The notes under the pieces: generated by a model
What the model was told of the DNA's origin: nothing
The model's database searches: none
What the model saw: only the letters and a program-made list of their open reading frames with translations
Made by a program: the position numbers and the translations under genes
Shown here: positions 41,479 through 61,061 of the stretch, one piece after another
Layout: each line of letters opens with the position of its first letter
How positions within the stretch are numbered: the first letter of the stretch is position 1
NCBI GenBank assembly: GCA_012295275.1
Contig: CM022665.1
Coordinates: 3,782,001 to 3,846,000 of the forward strand
Length of the DNA stretch: 64,000 bases
Source of the DNA: Chrysomallon squamiferum
Taxonomy: Eukaryota; Animalia; Mollusca
Direction of reading: 5' to 3'

Positions 41479-41860
41479 GTTTGTGAAACTTACTAATATA
41501 AAATAAATATCGTGAACGAAACAACAAATTTAATGTACTTCACAAAACTTCGCTCTTTATGTAAGTGGAGAAAACACACGTTAGTAACATTTCAGTTTAT
41601 CTTATCATTATGACCTTTGATTTAGTCAATAGTAAACCACTGACAGACTTATCTTGTTGACATGTGTAGCTGGTTACACAACTTCCTTGTTGGGTCTTTT
41701 AAATCGTGTGACAAAAATAACAAAATCATGACACCCAGTACATTAGTAAAAAGTTCAAGTATTTTTTATTGTAATTAAATTTTAAGAAAAAAACACAAAA
41801 AAACCCACACCAGAGAGAGGGAATGGACAGAGAGAAACAAAGAGACAGACCCAAACAGAC

Positions 41861-41862
<2 letters not shown>

Positions 41863-41957
<95 letters not shown>

Positions 41958-42088
41958 AGGAAAGGATGTAAGGATTGATGGAAAGAGAGGAAAAGTAATA
42001 GGCAAGGTGAAGACAAATTATGTGAATGACAGAAAAATAAATATCTATGTCTCTATCGCTCTATCTGTCTATATATATATATATATAT

Positions 42089-42168
<80 letters not shown>
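41863..42168. repeat. Two (GA)n microsatellites (41863-41953, 42091-42168)
   Basis: Perfect dinucleotide runs. Confidence 0.95.
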
Positions 42169-42170
<2 letters not shown>

Positions 42171-42314
42171 ACAAAAGGGATCTACATAGATCACTGAATT
42201 AAATGTAATCTTGCACGAATTAAGTTGCCCTAATTTGATTGTGAATTGGACGACGCCACAGAACAGATAAAGCATTGGTCATTGGATTTCTACCTGTCTA
42301 GATGACTAGTAAAA

Positions 42315-42349
<35 letters not shown>

Positions 42350-43127
42350 AAACGAGTTTTAGACACAGAATTTTTTTAATTCAGTTATTATAATTTTAAA
42401 GAAAGAATAATACCTTTCCTAAATATGCATCGTATAAAATATTTTATTTTCAGTAAAGAAACATTCACTCGGTTTATAAGTAATTAAAGATACATTTGAT
42501 TACATATAATAACATATTTCACTAAGACAAAGTCATTACCAGAGCAATTTAAACATTAATATTTGGACCGGTTTGGCTATTTCATCTTTGGCAGAACCCA
42601 TATTACATTAGTGCAATTTAACCCCAGGATCAATGAATTAATACAAAAATTATCCGAACATATAGCACTGAAATAGAATAATAATTAATCGATCTGTCAT
42701 AAACTGCTTATTGTTAAGTCATAACCGTAGATGACTCGCGTTTCTGATCTTTCAATCTAATTTCCCAATTTGCCCCAGGTAAAAATATAAATGCAAAACC
42801 TGTTATATAATTATAACGTGGATTTGATCTGTAGTTCGTCTATTTAATTATAACAGGCAGAGAACTGATGAAATCGGAGTCATTTACATAAAAAAATAAT
42901 AATATTAAATGATAAATTTATAAATAAATAATTAAATGTATATATATAAGCAGTGAGAACTCATTTATAAGCCATATGTTTCAATTTTCAAAAATATATA
43001 ACTGTAACGCGGATGGAATGATGCATTGTATATATTATACATTATGTAAACCGCTTTCATCTAGCCACAGTAATGAAGAAGAAAAACAAAAAGACACAAC
43101 ATATGCATAAGTGATGCTAAAAAAAAT

Positions 43128-48584
<5,457 letters not shown>

Positions 48585-49462
48585 TATTAACTTGCAAATA
48601 ATAATCAACGACGACCCTGTGTTTCAAGATGAATTAAATAAAGTTGATGACATGAAAATGAAAATAAAAGAAAAGAAAAGGAAAGAAAAGAAAAGAAAAG
48701 AAAAATAAATAAAAATAAATAAAAAAATAAATAAATAAATAAGACGCTGCCTTTACGTAATGTTTGACGTGTTGTTGTGCAGAAATTGACGTCATCGGTA
48801 ACAGATACTGCTAATAATGTGTGTTACGAACAACAAAAACAATAACAACAAAAACCTTTCTTTATATTAAAACTGCTTAAATGATATATTCGAAAAAGAG
48901 CGAAACACCTCCAACATATACTTACCGTAATCACCCTGAAGACATTTTTATTTAAATGTGCCTGCGTACGCATATTATTCTTTTCTTTTTCTTTCCTCCT
49001 TCTTCTTGTTCTTTATTATTTTTTTTATTTATTTTTTTTTTAAACTTATTTATTTATTTATTTTTTTTTATATAGAAAGAAAAAAGAAAAGAAAAAACAA
49101 AAAAACGAAAAAAAACGCTTTCAAATTCATATATATCTTCTTCTTGGTCGTCGAACACTGAGACTAAATACGTATTAAATACTCTCGTTCAGAAGACCAG
49201 CGTCAGTAATGGGAGTAAAAACAACTGAAATGAACGCATGAAGATTAATTACTATTAGTTTGTGTCGTAAAGAATTTAATATGGTGCGTTCGTTTTAAGT
49301 CGTCATTTGAGTGGATCATAGTCCAGATGATACCAGAAAGTTACTTTGTACACGATCTGACATCCGCACATTTCAGTCCATGTTCATTGTCTTTCGTCAT
49401 ATCCTACGTACATTTATTTTCATCGGAAATGGTGTGTCTGTCTGTCTGTCTGTCAGTCTGTC

Positions 49463-49530
<68 letters not shown>

Positions 49531-50725
49531 CGTGTGTGTGCGTGCGTGCGTGTGTGATAATTAGATTCCCTGCATTTTATTTCAAATTTCCATTTTGTAC
49601 TCAGTTACTTTTCTCCATTCACTGATCATTTCAAGATTTTACGTAACAATGAATATGTTATGATTTCATTAAATCCATCAAAGCCTTAAAATAACATAAA
49701 CAAAATATGAAGAGTATTTTTGAGTACAATTGATTTTATGGCAGTATTTTCGGAGAATGATGATCAACTGTTGACCATGAACAGTTAAGTAAACAGTTAA
49801 TGTGGATGCATATTATGTCCGTATTTGGCTGCCTTATCATGAAATATACCAAAACTAATTATATACCATCAGCGTGTTAGGTAATAGTCGAAGGAATAAC
49901 GATGCTGGAATGAACAGCCTTCGATTCCTTTCGTAACTTATGATGTAGCAAAATACAACAATAAAAAATAAAGTACAACAAAAGCGTAAATGTAATGGAT
50001 AACGAACATTTATTAATAACAATCTTAAGTCGAAAAATATAGATTATAAAAATAATAATAATAACAAATCTATATCCTTATCTGTATATTAAACAAACAA
50101 AACAAAATAAAATAATAGAAAATGTATGAATATGTCTGTACAAAAGGAATTGATCGTATATAACTAGAACAATAACTACATACATATATATGTACTAAAT
50201 CAGATGGTGAAATGTGTTTTCTTCATTCAAGTTCTGATTACATTGACGTAAAAAGTCGCTGTTACCTTGTTTGTCTGGTCAGAACCTGTAAGCTTTAATA
50301 TTTTTTTTTTTTTTTTTTTTATAATTACTGTCATCCGAGTTCATTTATCTGAGATGACGTCTTCGTATGTTATTGTTTATACGAAGACTGGATAGAAGAA
50401 CTGATCTTTCGCGTTTTCTTATAATTACTTTGAATGTGTGTTTCTCGTATTATTTCTGTGGTGTGTGGGTGGAAGTGCGAGGGTGTGGGTGAAAAGCCTT
50501 CTGGGCATATTTTTACATGGTTTTTGCAGAATCTAGTACGGGTCTCACAAACATACAGACAAACAAAGCAATAGAGAATATTCATACCTAAATGCAAAGT
50601 GCCAGGTTTCCCACAAAAATAGATTCACGCAGAAATGACGACAGACAAATAGAACGGCGTGCTTCGAGGGAAGCGAAGATTACTCTCGGTTATTGAACAA
50701 TTTTTAATCATTGATGTTGTTTTGA

Positions 50726-50790
50726 TGGACGCGTGGTAAGGTCGTTCGCCTTCGGATTGCGGGCGAATAGGTTCGAGTCTCGTTAGCGGT
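50726..50790 (+). other. tRNA-derived Pol III-like element (SINE head or tRNA pseudogene)
   Basis: A-box-like TGGACGCGTGG and B-box-like GGTTCGAGTC at tRNA-like spacing, with a TTCGCC/GGCGAA stem between them. There is no convincing acceptor stem. Confidence 0.45.
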
Positions 50791-51010
50791 ATTTGACGTT
50801 CTCGAAGTCATGATTCGATATCTTTCTCTTTTTTTTGTGTGTCAGTGTGTTCGCGAATATTGTCTGTGTGCAGAAACTAATCAGACAAAAAAAAATAAAA
50901 TAAAATAAAAATACACACACACCAGAGAATGCATACATGCATATTTATTTATAAAGACACACACTCACATTCATATTTCAATTGGCATATACTGACTTAT
51001 TAATACTGTT

Positions 51011-51053
<43 letters not shown>

Positions 51054-51573
51054 TTACTGCTGATATCTAGTAATGTACATTAAGTAATTAATTATACATA
51101 GTAAATAAAAATCAGTTAATAACCGCAAGTACAATAGCGTTCTGAAGGATATAAGAGTCTGTACAACACTGACAAATTCACCAATATTATTAAAAGCAAA
51201 ACAAACCGGGATAAATAATTAAAAGAAACTGTCTCTGCCCATAAAACGGGCATATTGCTGATCGAGTTAATAAGTAAATAAATAAATAATTAGCCAAACA
51301 AAGAAACAAACCAACAATTTGAACATAAAATGTGCAGTAAAAACGAGAAGCGAAACATAAAATTACAAATAAAATAAAATTAAAATTAAAATTAAAATTA
51401 AAATTAAAATTAAATTTAAATTTAAAATAAAAATTAAATTTAAAATTAAATTTAAAATTTAATTAATTAATTAATTAAATAAAAAATAAAAATTAAAAAA
51501 AATTAAACAAAATAAAACAAAATAAAACAAAACAAAATAAAAAGTTAAAAAAAAAAAAAAAATCTGCTCTCGG

Positions 51574-52286
51574 TTACTTCTTGATAATTTTGGCGTATAG
51601 ATCGTCCATATTCAGCACATCGTCGAGAATCTGAGTCGCTTCTAAACCTTCCTCCACAGACCTGCTCAGCCGCGACTTTCCTTTCGTTTCTTCAGAGCCC
51701 AGTTTCGAATCCTTCTCTGTCGTGGTTTCGTCGTTATTTGCAAACGAATAAATTCCACTCAGAACCGACTGATCGTTCAGAACCCACTTGTTTTTGGACA
51801 AGTGATTGTACGTTTCGTCTGAAACCGGAGTGTGAAGCAAGTCGGAAGTGTGGTCGTAGTCGCCCGAATGTGACCTATTCGCAATGTGATTGTATACACA
51901 ACCGCTGCTCTGGATGTCTGCATTGCAAACCAGAGTCGCATAGTCGTAACCAGAGGAATTGCTCAGCGCTTTACTTCGGTTTTGATGAAAATGGCCGTCG
52001 AAGGAAGACTTGCTTTTCACATCATCGTAAGATGATTCTCGGCTCTGGCAAGGCGGGAACTAAGAACTGTTTCAGTATCTTGTCGTCCCCAGTGCGTTCG
52101 TCGTCAGTAGCATAGAGTGAGTTTTTGTGTTCAAAAAAAACGTCGACATTCGTTGTGGAGCCTTTCGAAATCGTAGGCAGCGCTTTAGTTCTGTATGTTG
52201 GTCGACGATTTCTGAAATGCAGTGATAATAACAATAATAACAAAACAATAACAATATTATGGTTTTTAAAAAAAAAATACTGTATC

Positions 52287-52325
<39 letters not shown>

Positions 52326-55300
52326 TTAATAGTTACGAAACTTAATTTGATTCGTAAATTTATTATTTTTTGAAAAACCCACAAATCTCATCCACAGAAC
52401 ATTTCTTCTTTACTGTTTTTCAATGAACTCTCAGTTTTTCTAACTCTCTTATTTACCTTTTCCGTTTATGACAGTAGATGAAGGCGATTGTCAGCACCAC
52501 AATCAGTAAGACTCCTCCAATTGCACTCAGCGAAATCACTGGAACTGAAAGCAAAACCAAATTTTTACATTTATTTAAGTCGCTGAGAGAAAAAAAGTAA
52601 AATAAAAGAAGGAAATAAAAAAAAAAAATAAATAAAAGAAAAAAAAAAAAAATGAAAGAAAAGAAAAAAAAAGAAAAAAATGAAAATGAAAATGATAACA
52701 GTTTGGTCTGTTCCTGTCTGTGTGTACATTTGTCTGTTTGCTGTTTTATCAGATTCATGCAGCGAGGATTGAAACATGCTCCTAATTGTTACATCACTGG
52801 AATGGCGGCTTTGATGTAACTTGGCAGGTACGTGAGGGGAAACAATTGTTAAATTTAAAAAAAAAAAGCTTTTAAAATGCTGTTTCACAGATATTCATTA
52901 TTTTACTCACTGGGTGTATGTCAGCAACGTACATAAAACAATATGTATTAATTTTTCTTTATCAAATTTTGCATGTACAAAGATGGGCAACTGACGTCCC
53001 AAATCCGAGCAAAAGAGCGGGGAAGAAATTAGAGTTTTTAACTTTGTGGGCAAACCATCTTCTCTTTAACCAAAAAGACCCTTTAGAACTATGTTGTTAC
53101 TGGTCATATAACTGTATATGTGCAGTGCTGATGTATGATACGTAACATACAGGATGAATAAATATAATTATGCAGTTTAGCGAAGACGGTGAAAAACGTT
53201 TAGTTTTTGATAAATTAATCGTTGACAACTGGCTGGAACGCGAGGATTGAGAAGGATTGATCACGCGACCATTCATTCCTCACCCTCACACGTAAAAACG
53301 TGATTTTTGCGTTATATGTGTTGGTTACTTACTCAAGGCTGCTTTGCTCATCTTAGAAAACGGTTGTTTAGTATCTGATTCTGTGGTTTTCCCACCTGTA
53401 GAAAGAATTAATACAAAATAAAGAAATAAAAGTTAGAGTATATATATATATATATATATCAAACAAACTTCTTAGATACAAAAAATTTACATCAGGCAAC
53501 ATTTGTTAGAAAAGTATTGATCACTTAGATATCAAATTATATAAAAAGATAGATAGATAGATAGATAGATGGATAGACAGATAAACAGATAGATAGATAG
53601 ATAGTAGTAGCAGTAAATAGTATTATATTTGTTGGTTACTTACTCAACACTGCTTTGCTTATCTCAGAAGACGGTTGTTTAATTATTACGCCATTATTTA
53701 GGTTTGTATCTGATTCTGTGGTTTTCCCATCTGTAGAAAATATATACATACATACGTATATATATATATATATGAATATATCAAACAAATTTCTTAGCTA
53801 AAAAAATTTACATCAGGCAACATTTGTTAGAAAAGTATTGATCACTTAGATATCAAATTATATAGAAAGATAGATAGATAGATAGACAGATATATAGATA
53901 GTAGTAGTAGTAGAAGTAGTAGTAGTAGTGATAGTAGTCGTAAAAAGTAGTAGTAATAATAAACAGCAGTAAAGATAATTTCTTAATAACAAACGAAAAT
54001 CTCAAGCATATATTGATAATTAGCTTAAAATAATAATAATAACAATTAGCTTAAAATAATAATAATAATAATAATCTATAGTCCTTGAATGATATGTAAA
54101 GTTAATCGCGAACTGTTAAATAGATCATATATCAGAAAGAAGATCACTGATTTAAGAGTTAATCTATTTATAGACAGCCTTGCCCTTTTCTTGTGTGTGT
54201 TTGTATCCATTAAAAAATAAAAAATAAATAATCCCACTAAAAATGTAGTACCAACTCTTTGTTATGTACAGAAATATATAATATACACATAACACAGAAA
54301 ACACATATGTTCAAATTTTTTTTTTTTTATCAAAATTTTATATATTTTGGGTTACCAAATCTACACTGTAACGAAGCATTTGTGGAACTGTTAATTAAAA
54401 TATAAACCTTCCGTTACTGGACGTATGGGAACTGTTCTCGAGAATGACGTTGTAGTCGCTGACGTTGAAGTCACTGACGTTGAAGTCACCGATGCTGCTG
54501 TCGGACAGTCAGGAATATTGACATCCTTCCCACAATCCACTGTAACCTCGCTTTGTTTGTTATCTGAAAAGAAATCTGTTTTAGTTTTGGTGGTGTTATA
54601 ATTATATTTCAGCTCCTCTTTTATTACCTAAGTAGTCTTGTTAAACGTATCCAAGGCCAACAATTGAGAAACAACGACTCAAAGTGACTTATCGAACTCG
54701 CAACACACCACGAAACCGCTGGTATAATTAAATTAACTTTTGTATTTAAATATTCTCGTATGACGTAGACTACGACCCGTGTTGTAACTAAAGTTTATTT
54801 CGGGCAGAAAATCTGTTTAGATGGTAGATAACCAGCTTAACGTTTTTATCGTACGTCTACACAAAACTGATTTCATTTTATTGTTTTCAACCATTTAAGT
54901 GAAATAAAACAAAAAAAGACGATGTCTTCTTCTTCGTTTTTTGGTTTTTTGTTTTTGTTTTACCTCATCTTTATTATTTACTTTTTTTTTTTTATTCCAC
55001 TTCCCCATTACTTATAGCTAATGTCTTTTTCTTGAGGCTCAGTTTCCATTGCCTGTGTCATGATTTCTCGCATATGTCGTGATGCATATATTGATTCGGT
55101 ATGAAATTCGAATTTTGCAATTAAGTGCGGGAGTGTGATATTAAAGATTTTATCCCAGATTAAGTCGGATCAGACTGATTACGTGGATAATGAGAGAATG
55201 AACGGTGAAGGTTAGCGGTTGTACAAATATCAATATATTTTAACATCATCTCCGTCGTTTTTGTACGTTAACATGTTATTAGATATCTATGTGCTTGTTT

Positions 55301-55565
55301 GTTGTATAACTACGATACGAGTGAGGAAACCTTTACAACCCTTTTATCAGTCAGCAACAAGTGATTATTTCGTGCACCTTCCCGTAATTAGGAAAGCATA
55401 TAGAATCACTTTTTATATGTCAGTCTGAAAATAAATTTAAAAAAAGAAGAACAAAAAAAAAAAGAAAGATTATACTATTTCCAGTAAAAATAATAATGAT
55501 GATTATAATAATAATAATAGTAATAACAACAACAATAATGATAAAGATAATGATAATTTATTGAC

Positions 55566-55596
<31 letters not shown>

Positions 55597-57096
55597 TAAT
55601 GACAATAACAGTCATAATGATGATAATGATGATGATAACTTTGATAATAATAATAATAGTAATAATGATAATAATAGTAATAATAACTGATATTCAACTT
55701 CATTTATAGCTTATAAAGATTTCTTTTTATAACAGATTTTTTAAAGTAATTTTGTGAATATTACGAAGTCTGTGGATAATAAGCCATTTGAAAATTATAA
55801 CATACCATTATCTTGGCAGCTCAGTTTGGGATTTTGTAATTTCAGATAAGGGATTATCAGTCTCTGTTTTCATTCAGATTAGGATAATGAATCTAGTTAC
55901 ATTATTAATAGATGTTAGTTCTCTAATGCGATTAATCTTTCATGCAATATTTAAAACCGTTCTTTCCTTTGGGAGATAAAAGTTTATTTATTGTTATAAT
56001 TACACAGGTTCCTATGTTCTTCTGCTGGTTTATTTATTTCCATCTTACCGAGTACTATCTGGAACGGGAAATTAGCTAATGATACACAGAGAATGCTGAT
56101 TATAGGTAATATAAGTATAATAATAAAAATAAAAATAGAGGAAGGTAATTTCTGAGTTCAGTGTTTTAACGTACCTCTCATTTCTAGCCAAAGTTTTTCT
56201 TTTTCTGATCTCAGATTGGCTGTAATTATAACTTACCGAGTACTGGCTGGAACGGGAAGTTAGCTAATAATACAAAGAGAATACTGATTATAGATAATGT
56301 AAGTGTTAGCTGAAGAAGAAAAAAAGAGAGAGAGAAAGAAAGGAAGCGTTATTTTAGTTCAGTGTTTTCACGTACCTCTCATTTCTAGCCAAAGTTTTTC
56401 TTTTTCTGATCTCAGATTGGCTGTCAGAGTAATGTGAACGTAATTACGTGCACTGGAAAATATTGGTTGAGAGAACATGCGATGATCAACACAAGAGTTT
56501 GTTGTGAAAGTCTTTACTCCATCAGAAATGTTCAGAGAGCAGCTGCTGCCGTTGAGGATGACGTCGGCTACAGACACGAGAAGAGTGGACGTGCAGTCTG
56601 TTGTGTGAACTACACAGTGTGAACTGACAAGACCGATAATTCCATGGAGTAACAGATGTGGATTTCTTGAAGAAAGTGTTTTGTTTTCTGCGAAGTTCAT
56701 TATATTGCTCACTGAAAAAAAAAAAAATAAAATAAAAAAATAAAAAAAAAATAAATAAAAATAAAATAAAAAATAATAAAAAAGCATTAATATACTATAT
56801 AAATAAACGTTAACAATACCCCCATTACTTTCAAATGTCAACAATTATTAACAGTTTCCATTATATTTCTATTCTACACTCAAGGAATAACTAATGTTAT
56901 TGTTTGTTAAGTCTGAGAAAGTCTGAAAATGATCAGTGTACAATGAGATGCAATACAGTAAGTGAACAACCAGTTCATCTATTTGTGTTTTTAAAAATCT
57001 AAAAGCATCCTTTTTGGGACAAAAGATAAACTTTAAAGATATATATTTCAAATAAAAAAAAAAATAGGAAAAAAAGCTGGAGAAGGAGAAGGAACT

Positions 57097-57128
<32 letters not shown>

Positions 57129-58405
57129 TTAAAAAAAATCAGTTTAAATTTCAAAATAATGTAAAAACTTATTATTGTTGATTTTATTTGTAAGATGTTC
57201 AGAATAAATTTAGTTATCCATTTAATTATTTATTTATTATTTTGCAAAAATTCACAGTTATTTTCTATGTGAAAGTTTATTAAAACATTCAAGTTTGTAA
57301 AATATAAAAATATTGCTTTCTATAATAACTATGTTTAAAAGACTTAATACTTACCGTTAACACATTCGTAAGTAAACATGAGGTAAGTGTAATAAATTTG
57401 TGATGTGTGATTACACACAGGTACAAAGTCACTAGGAATTTTTAATTCTGACATAAAACAGAGGCCATGGTGATCACCGCTGCATCTTGTTAGAAAGTGT
57501 CCGTAAGTACTTAGTAGTTGTGTGTTGTCTGTAGGTAAGTTAAAAGTTTTATTACAATTGTTTGTATCAGGTTGACAACACAGAGAATGAAGTTCTGGAT
57601 GAACTTTCCAGTCTATGTAATGATGTGTACAATTAGTTTTTATATTAAAACCAAACATCATTTTTCTAGGTAGAAGTCGATTGTTCGAGTTACACTGTTT
57701 CTTATCGGGAATGATGAAGATTTTCTTTCCATCACAGTCACTTATGTTGTATAACTGAGTTTGAACGGGAAATATTCCTGTAAAACATTAAAAAAAAAAA
57801 AAAAAAAATAAAAAAAAAAATAAAAAAATAAAAAAATAAAATAAGTGGAATATATGGACAATATTAATAATACTATTAATATAATTACAATAATTTCCTT
57901 AATGATAAAATAATTCCTATGTCGTAAAATCTGAAATAGAAAATATCAATAAATACAATTAATAAATAAAAAATTAATAAATAAAGAAAGAAAGAAAGAA
58001 AAAAGAAAGAAAGAAGTAACTAAATATGTAAATAAATAAAGAAGAAAAACCCTTAGCCAGTAAAATCATTACATCAGTATTATCCAGACACTGTTAAAGA
58101 ATAATTCAAGTTATGATTATATTTTGTCTTAATTCTTTTTGGAAACACTAAAACAAAAACATTCCGGGTAAATATCGTAATAAAATGACAACCAAAACAC
58201 ACAACATTTCAAATTCTGCTTTAGATAAATATTTATATTTATAGAATCTGATGACTTAAATAAAACAATAAATAAAAAAATAACTAACTTACTAACAAAA
58301 TAAATAAATAAATAATTAAATAAATAAATAAATAAATAAAATAAAAAACTTACCACTGACTATGAAAATAATCCCCAACACGATCTTACTGAAAGAGGAA
58401 TCCAT
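51574..58405 (-). CDS. Type I membrane protein R3: divergent SUEL-like + CUB-like + Ser/Thr stalk + TM + Tyr-motif-rich tail, with an apparent frameshift near 52038
   Basis: Exons 58405-58354 (signal MDSSFSKIVLGIIFIVS), 57777-57355 (C..C..MMFG..C..LCC..C..RCSG..C..C..YLMFTYEC), 56711-56376, 54563-54408, 53730-53644 and/or 53395-53333, 52544-52457 (TM IPVISLSAIGGVLLIVVLTIAFIYC), 52211-52022 (stop as assembled). A second frame stays open to 51574. Confidence 0.75.
53315..53900. repeat. Tandem duplication of an exon plus intron (unit about 310-360 bp) in R3
   Basis: TGTTGGTTACTTACTCAA...GTTTTCCCA.CTGTAGAAA...ATCAGGCAACATTTGTTAGAAAAGTATTGATCACTTAGATATCAAATTATA...(GATA)n occurs twice. Confidence 0.9.
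56044..56423. repeat. Tandem duplication of about 190 bp spanning the 3' end and donor of the R3 CUB-like exon
   Basis: CGTACCTCTCATTTCTAGCCAAAGTTTTTCTTTTTCTGATCTCAGATTGGCTGT occurs at 56170 and 56371. CTTACCGAGTACT..CTGGAACGGGAA occurs at 56044 and 56232. Confidence 0.9.
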
Positions 58406-59618
58406 TGCTTTATTCAAACACAAGCCACTGATACATTTAATCACTTCAGTCCTGTCAAAACTTTTCAAAACTAATCTCTAACCGAAACATGACCTAACAG
58501 TAAACAAGTGATAGATAACACGGGCTGGACTTTTTACTTTGCGTTACAATTTGTAGTATCTGTTACCTTTGATTTACTGTGTGCATGTTAAAGATTAACA
58601 ACTAATTTTTTTTTTTTTTTTTAAAAGATGAAGAAAACTCTGTGTTTTAAGAGGTATGCGGGTTTAAAATGGCAGGGGTGACATGATGAGTCCTTATCAA
58701 TGTACGCACTTTGTAATTTCCCCCAAAGAACTAAAACAAATCTAAAATACAATTTTATAAATTACTTAATATTAATGTAGTTGAGAAAGAGCTGCCTTTG
58801 AGAAAAGTGTTTATGAAAATGATATTCTTTTCAGCTAATCTGTAACAGTAGTAAGGAAGTAGCTGCATTTGTCTTTTATTATTATTTTAGAGATACTTTT
58901 TCATGCTTTTAACCCAGTAAGAGTGTATTCATTCATTCGTTCGTTCATTCATTCATTCATTCGTTCATTCATTCATCGTTCGTTAATAAATTCACTAATT
59001 CGTTCATTCATTCATTCATTGTTTATTAATTCATGTCGTTCAAGTCACACTTCATTAATGTACCCATTTTATTTTTTGGTTTCATTTATTCATTTCAGTT
59101 CATTCAGTTTATTCACTCACTACTCTGTCGTTCATTCACTCACACACTTAGTACGCTTAGCTGCAATCAAGTCACCTCACCTAAAATAAAATAAAAGTTC
59201 CACCCCGTGTCTCTCCACTCTTTAACATTCATCTTTATCTGTATAATGTTCTATCATATCTGAACCGCGAAGCCTTGGTCTTGATGGTATCACAGATATA
59301 TTCAAATCAAAGTATCACGTGTAGTTTTCATAGGCAATTACACAGACTTCAGTATGGTGTACTGTGTATTACTTATTATTTTCAAACAGCATGGAGAGGA
59401 ATTCTCTATACATATACAGTTGTATTATATGGTGGTATATGTATTTAAATTACCACAGCCGAATATAAAACGCATACAATCAATAAACAAATCAGAGAAC
59501 TGAAAATGGTTTCGTTTTTCAGTAACTATTATGCAAACGATATGATAGTTAAGTAAGGGGAAGAACTCTGTTTTCTTTAAAATTTTGTTTTTTTTATTAT
59601 TATTATTAGTATTATTAT

Positions 59619-59656
<38 letters not shown>

Positions 59657-60246
59657 CTTTCATCATTGTTACTTTCTTTTCGAAGCGGTAATTAAATTAA
59701 TAATTTTGTTGATGATGATGATAAATAAATAATTGTAAATAAATAAAGTAAACATTTCACTGATTACTCATAACGTTAAGACTAAACTAATACATTTTTT
59801 TTTTTTTAAATTAAAAAAAAAAAATTAAAACAAACTAAAACAAACAAACAAAAAAATCAGTATGTGTGTGCGTGTGTACGTGTGGGTGTGAGTATGCGCG
59901 CGCGCGTTTCTAAGCCCATATATAATTATGTATGTATATATTTCGAAGTCTATATGACCTTGTAATTAGGTTGTTACAATTTCATGAGAAAATGTAGACA
60001 GACAAACAATTAAACAAACAAACAAACAAATAAATAAATAAATAAATAAACAAATAAAATTAAATAAAATAAAATTAAGAACAAACCATAATGTTTTCAA
60101 AACTTTATTTATATTTTGAATAAAACTGTGGATATAAAAAATAATAATAATAATAATAATAAAAAAATATGGCTTAGAGTTGTTATTTATCGGAAAATGG
60201 TGCTGGTTTTGATATATCAGTCAGTGAAAACATCTTCATTGCGGGT

Positions 60247-60426
60247 TTAAATTATCTTTTGAAGTACAACTTTGGCCTGAAAAATATTGAAAAGAAAATT
60301 TATTCATATATTAGTAGTTTACCCGTTCATAGCCGCAAGGAAAAATTAGAAGTAAATGAATCAATAAATGTTAACAATCTGTGCTTACATACTTACTGAA
60401 ATAAAAATACATATTTTATGCATTTA

Positions 60427-60472
<46 letters not shown>

Positions 60473-60982
60473 TGTATGATAATGGAGATAGTTACTTTTC
60501 AATTTCTTATTACGTGAGCCCATATTTTGCTTTATAAAATAAACACAAACAAATTACGAGAAAATGTTATTTAACTGTCGAAATATGCTTTAAATAATTA
60601 ATAATTAGTAACAGAAAATATCTATCAATGACGTTTTTATAAAGACATAAACAACACGTTTTCTTCGTAATATACATTTCTATCAGATATTTTGACATTA
60701 TCATTTATCACTATTAATTAATGATGGACTGATTACTCTTGTTTGTAAAACACTTCCTTTGCCTGTACTTAAATAACATTAATTAAGTTACATCACACAA
60801 TAAATGTCTGCCACGTATGAACGCAAATGAACGTAAACAGTTTAAAGATACCTCTCCAGTTTTTGATTCCACAAATATTAACATCATACTAGATTTATCT
60901 TACAATATAAAAATATTGTTTGTCTATAAAGTAGATTTTGCCCATTAAATTTCGCGTCAGCGTTTTAAATTGTGCGTATGGG

Positions 60983-61061
<79 letters not shown>

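Noticed and set aside
50726-50790. Functional tRNA gene
   Set aside because: No acceptor stem, and the anticodon-arm geometry is non-canonical.
51738-52115. 125-aa plus-strand Cys-containing ORF
   Set aside because: Antisense to the R3 tail exon, with a non-ATG start and no splice context.
55380-55440. Acceptor at 55424 that would give a secreted R3 isoform (...EMRD*)
   Set aside because: TTTTCAG is very frequent in this AT-rich sequence and there is no further support.
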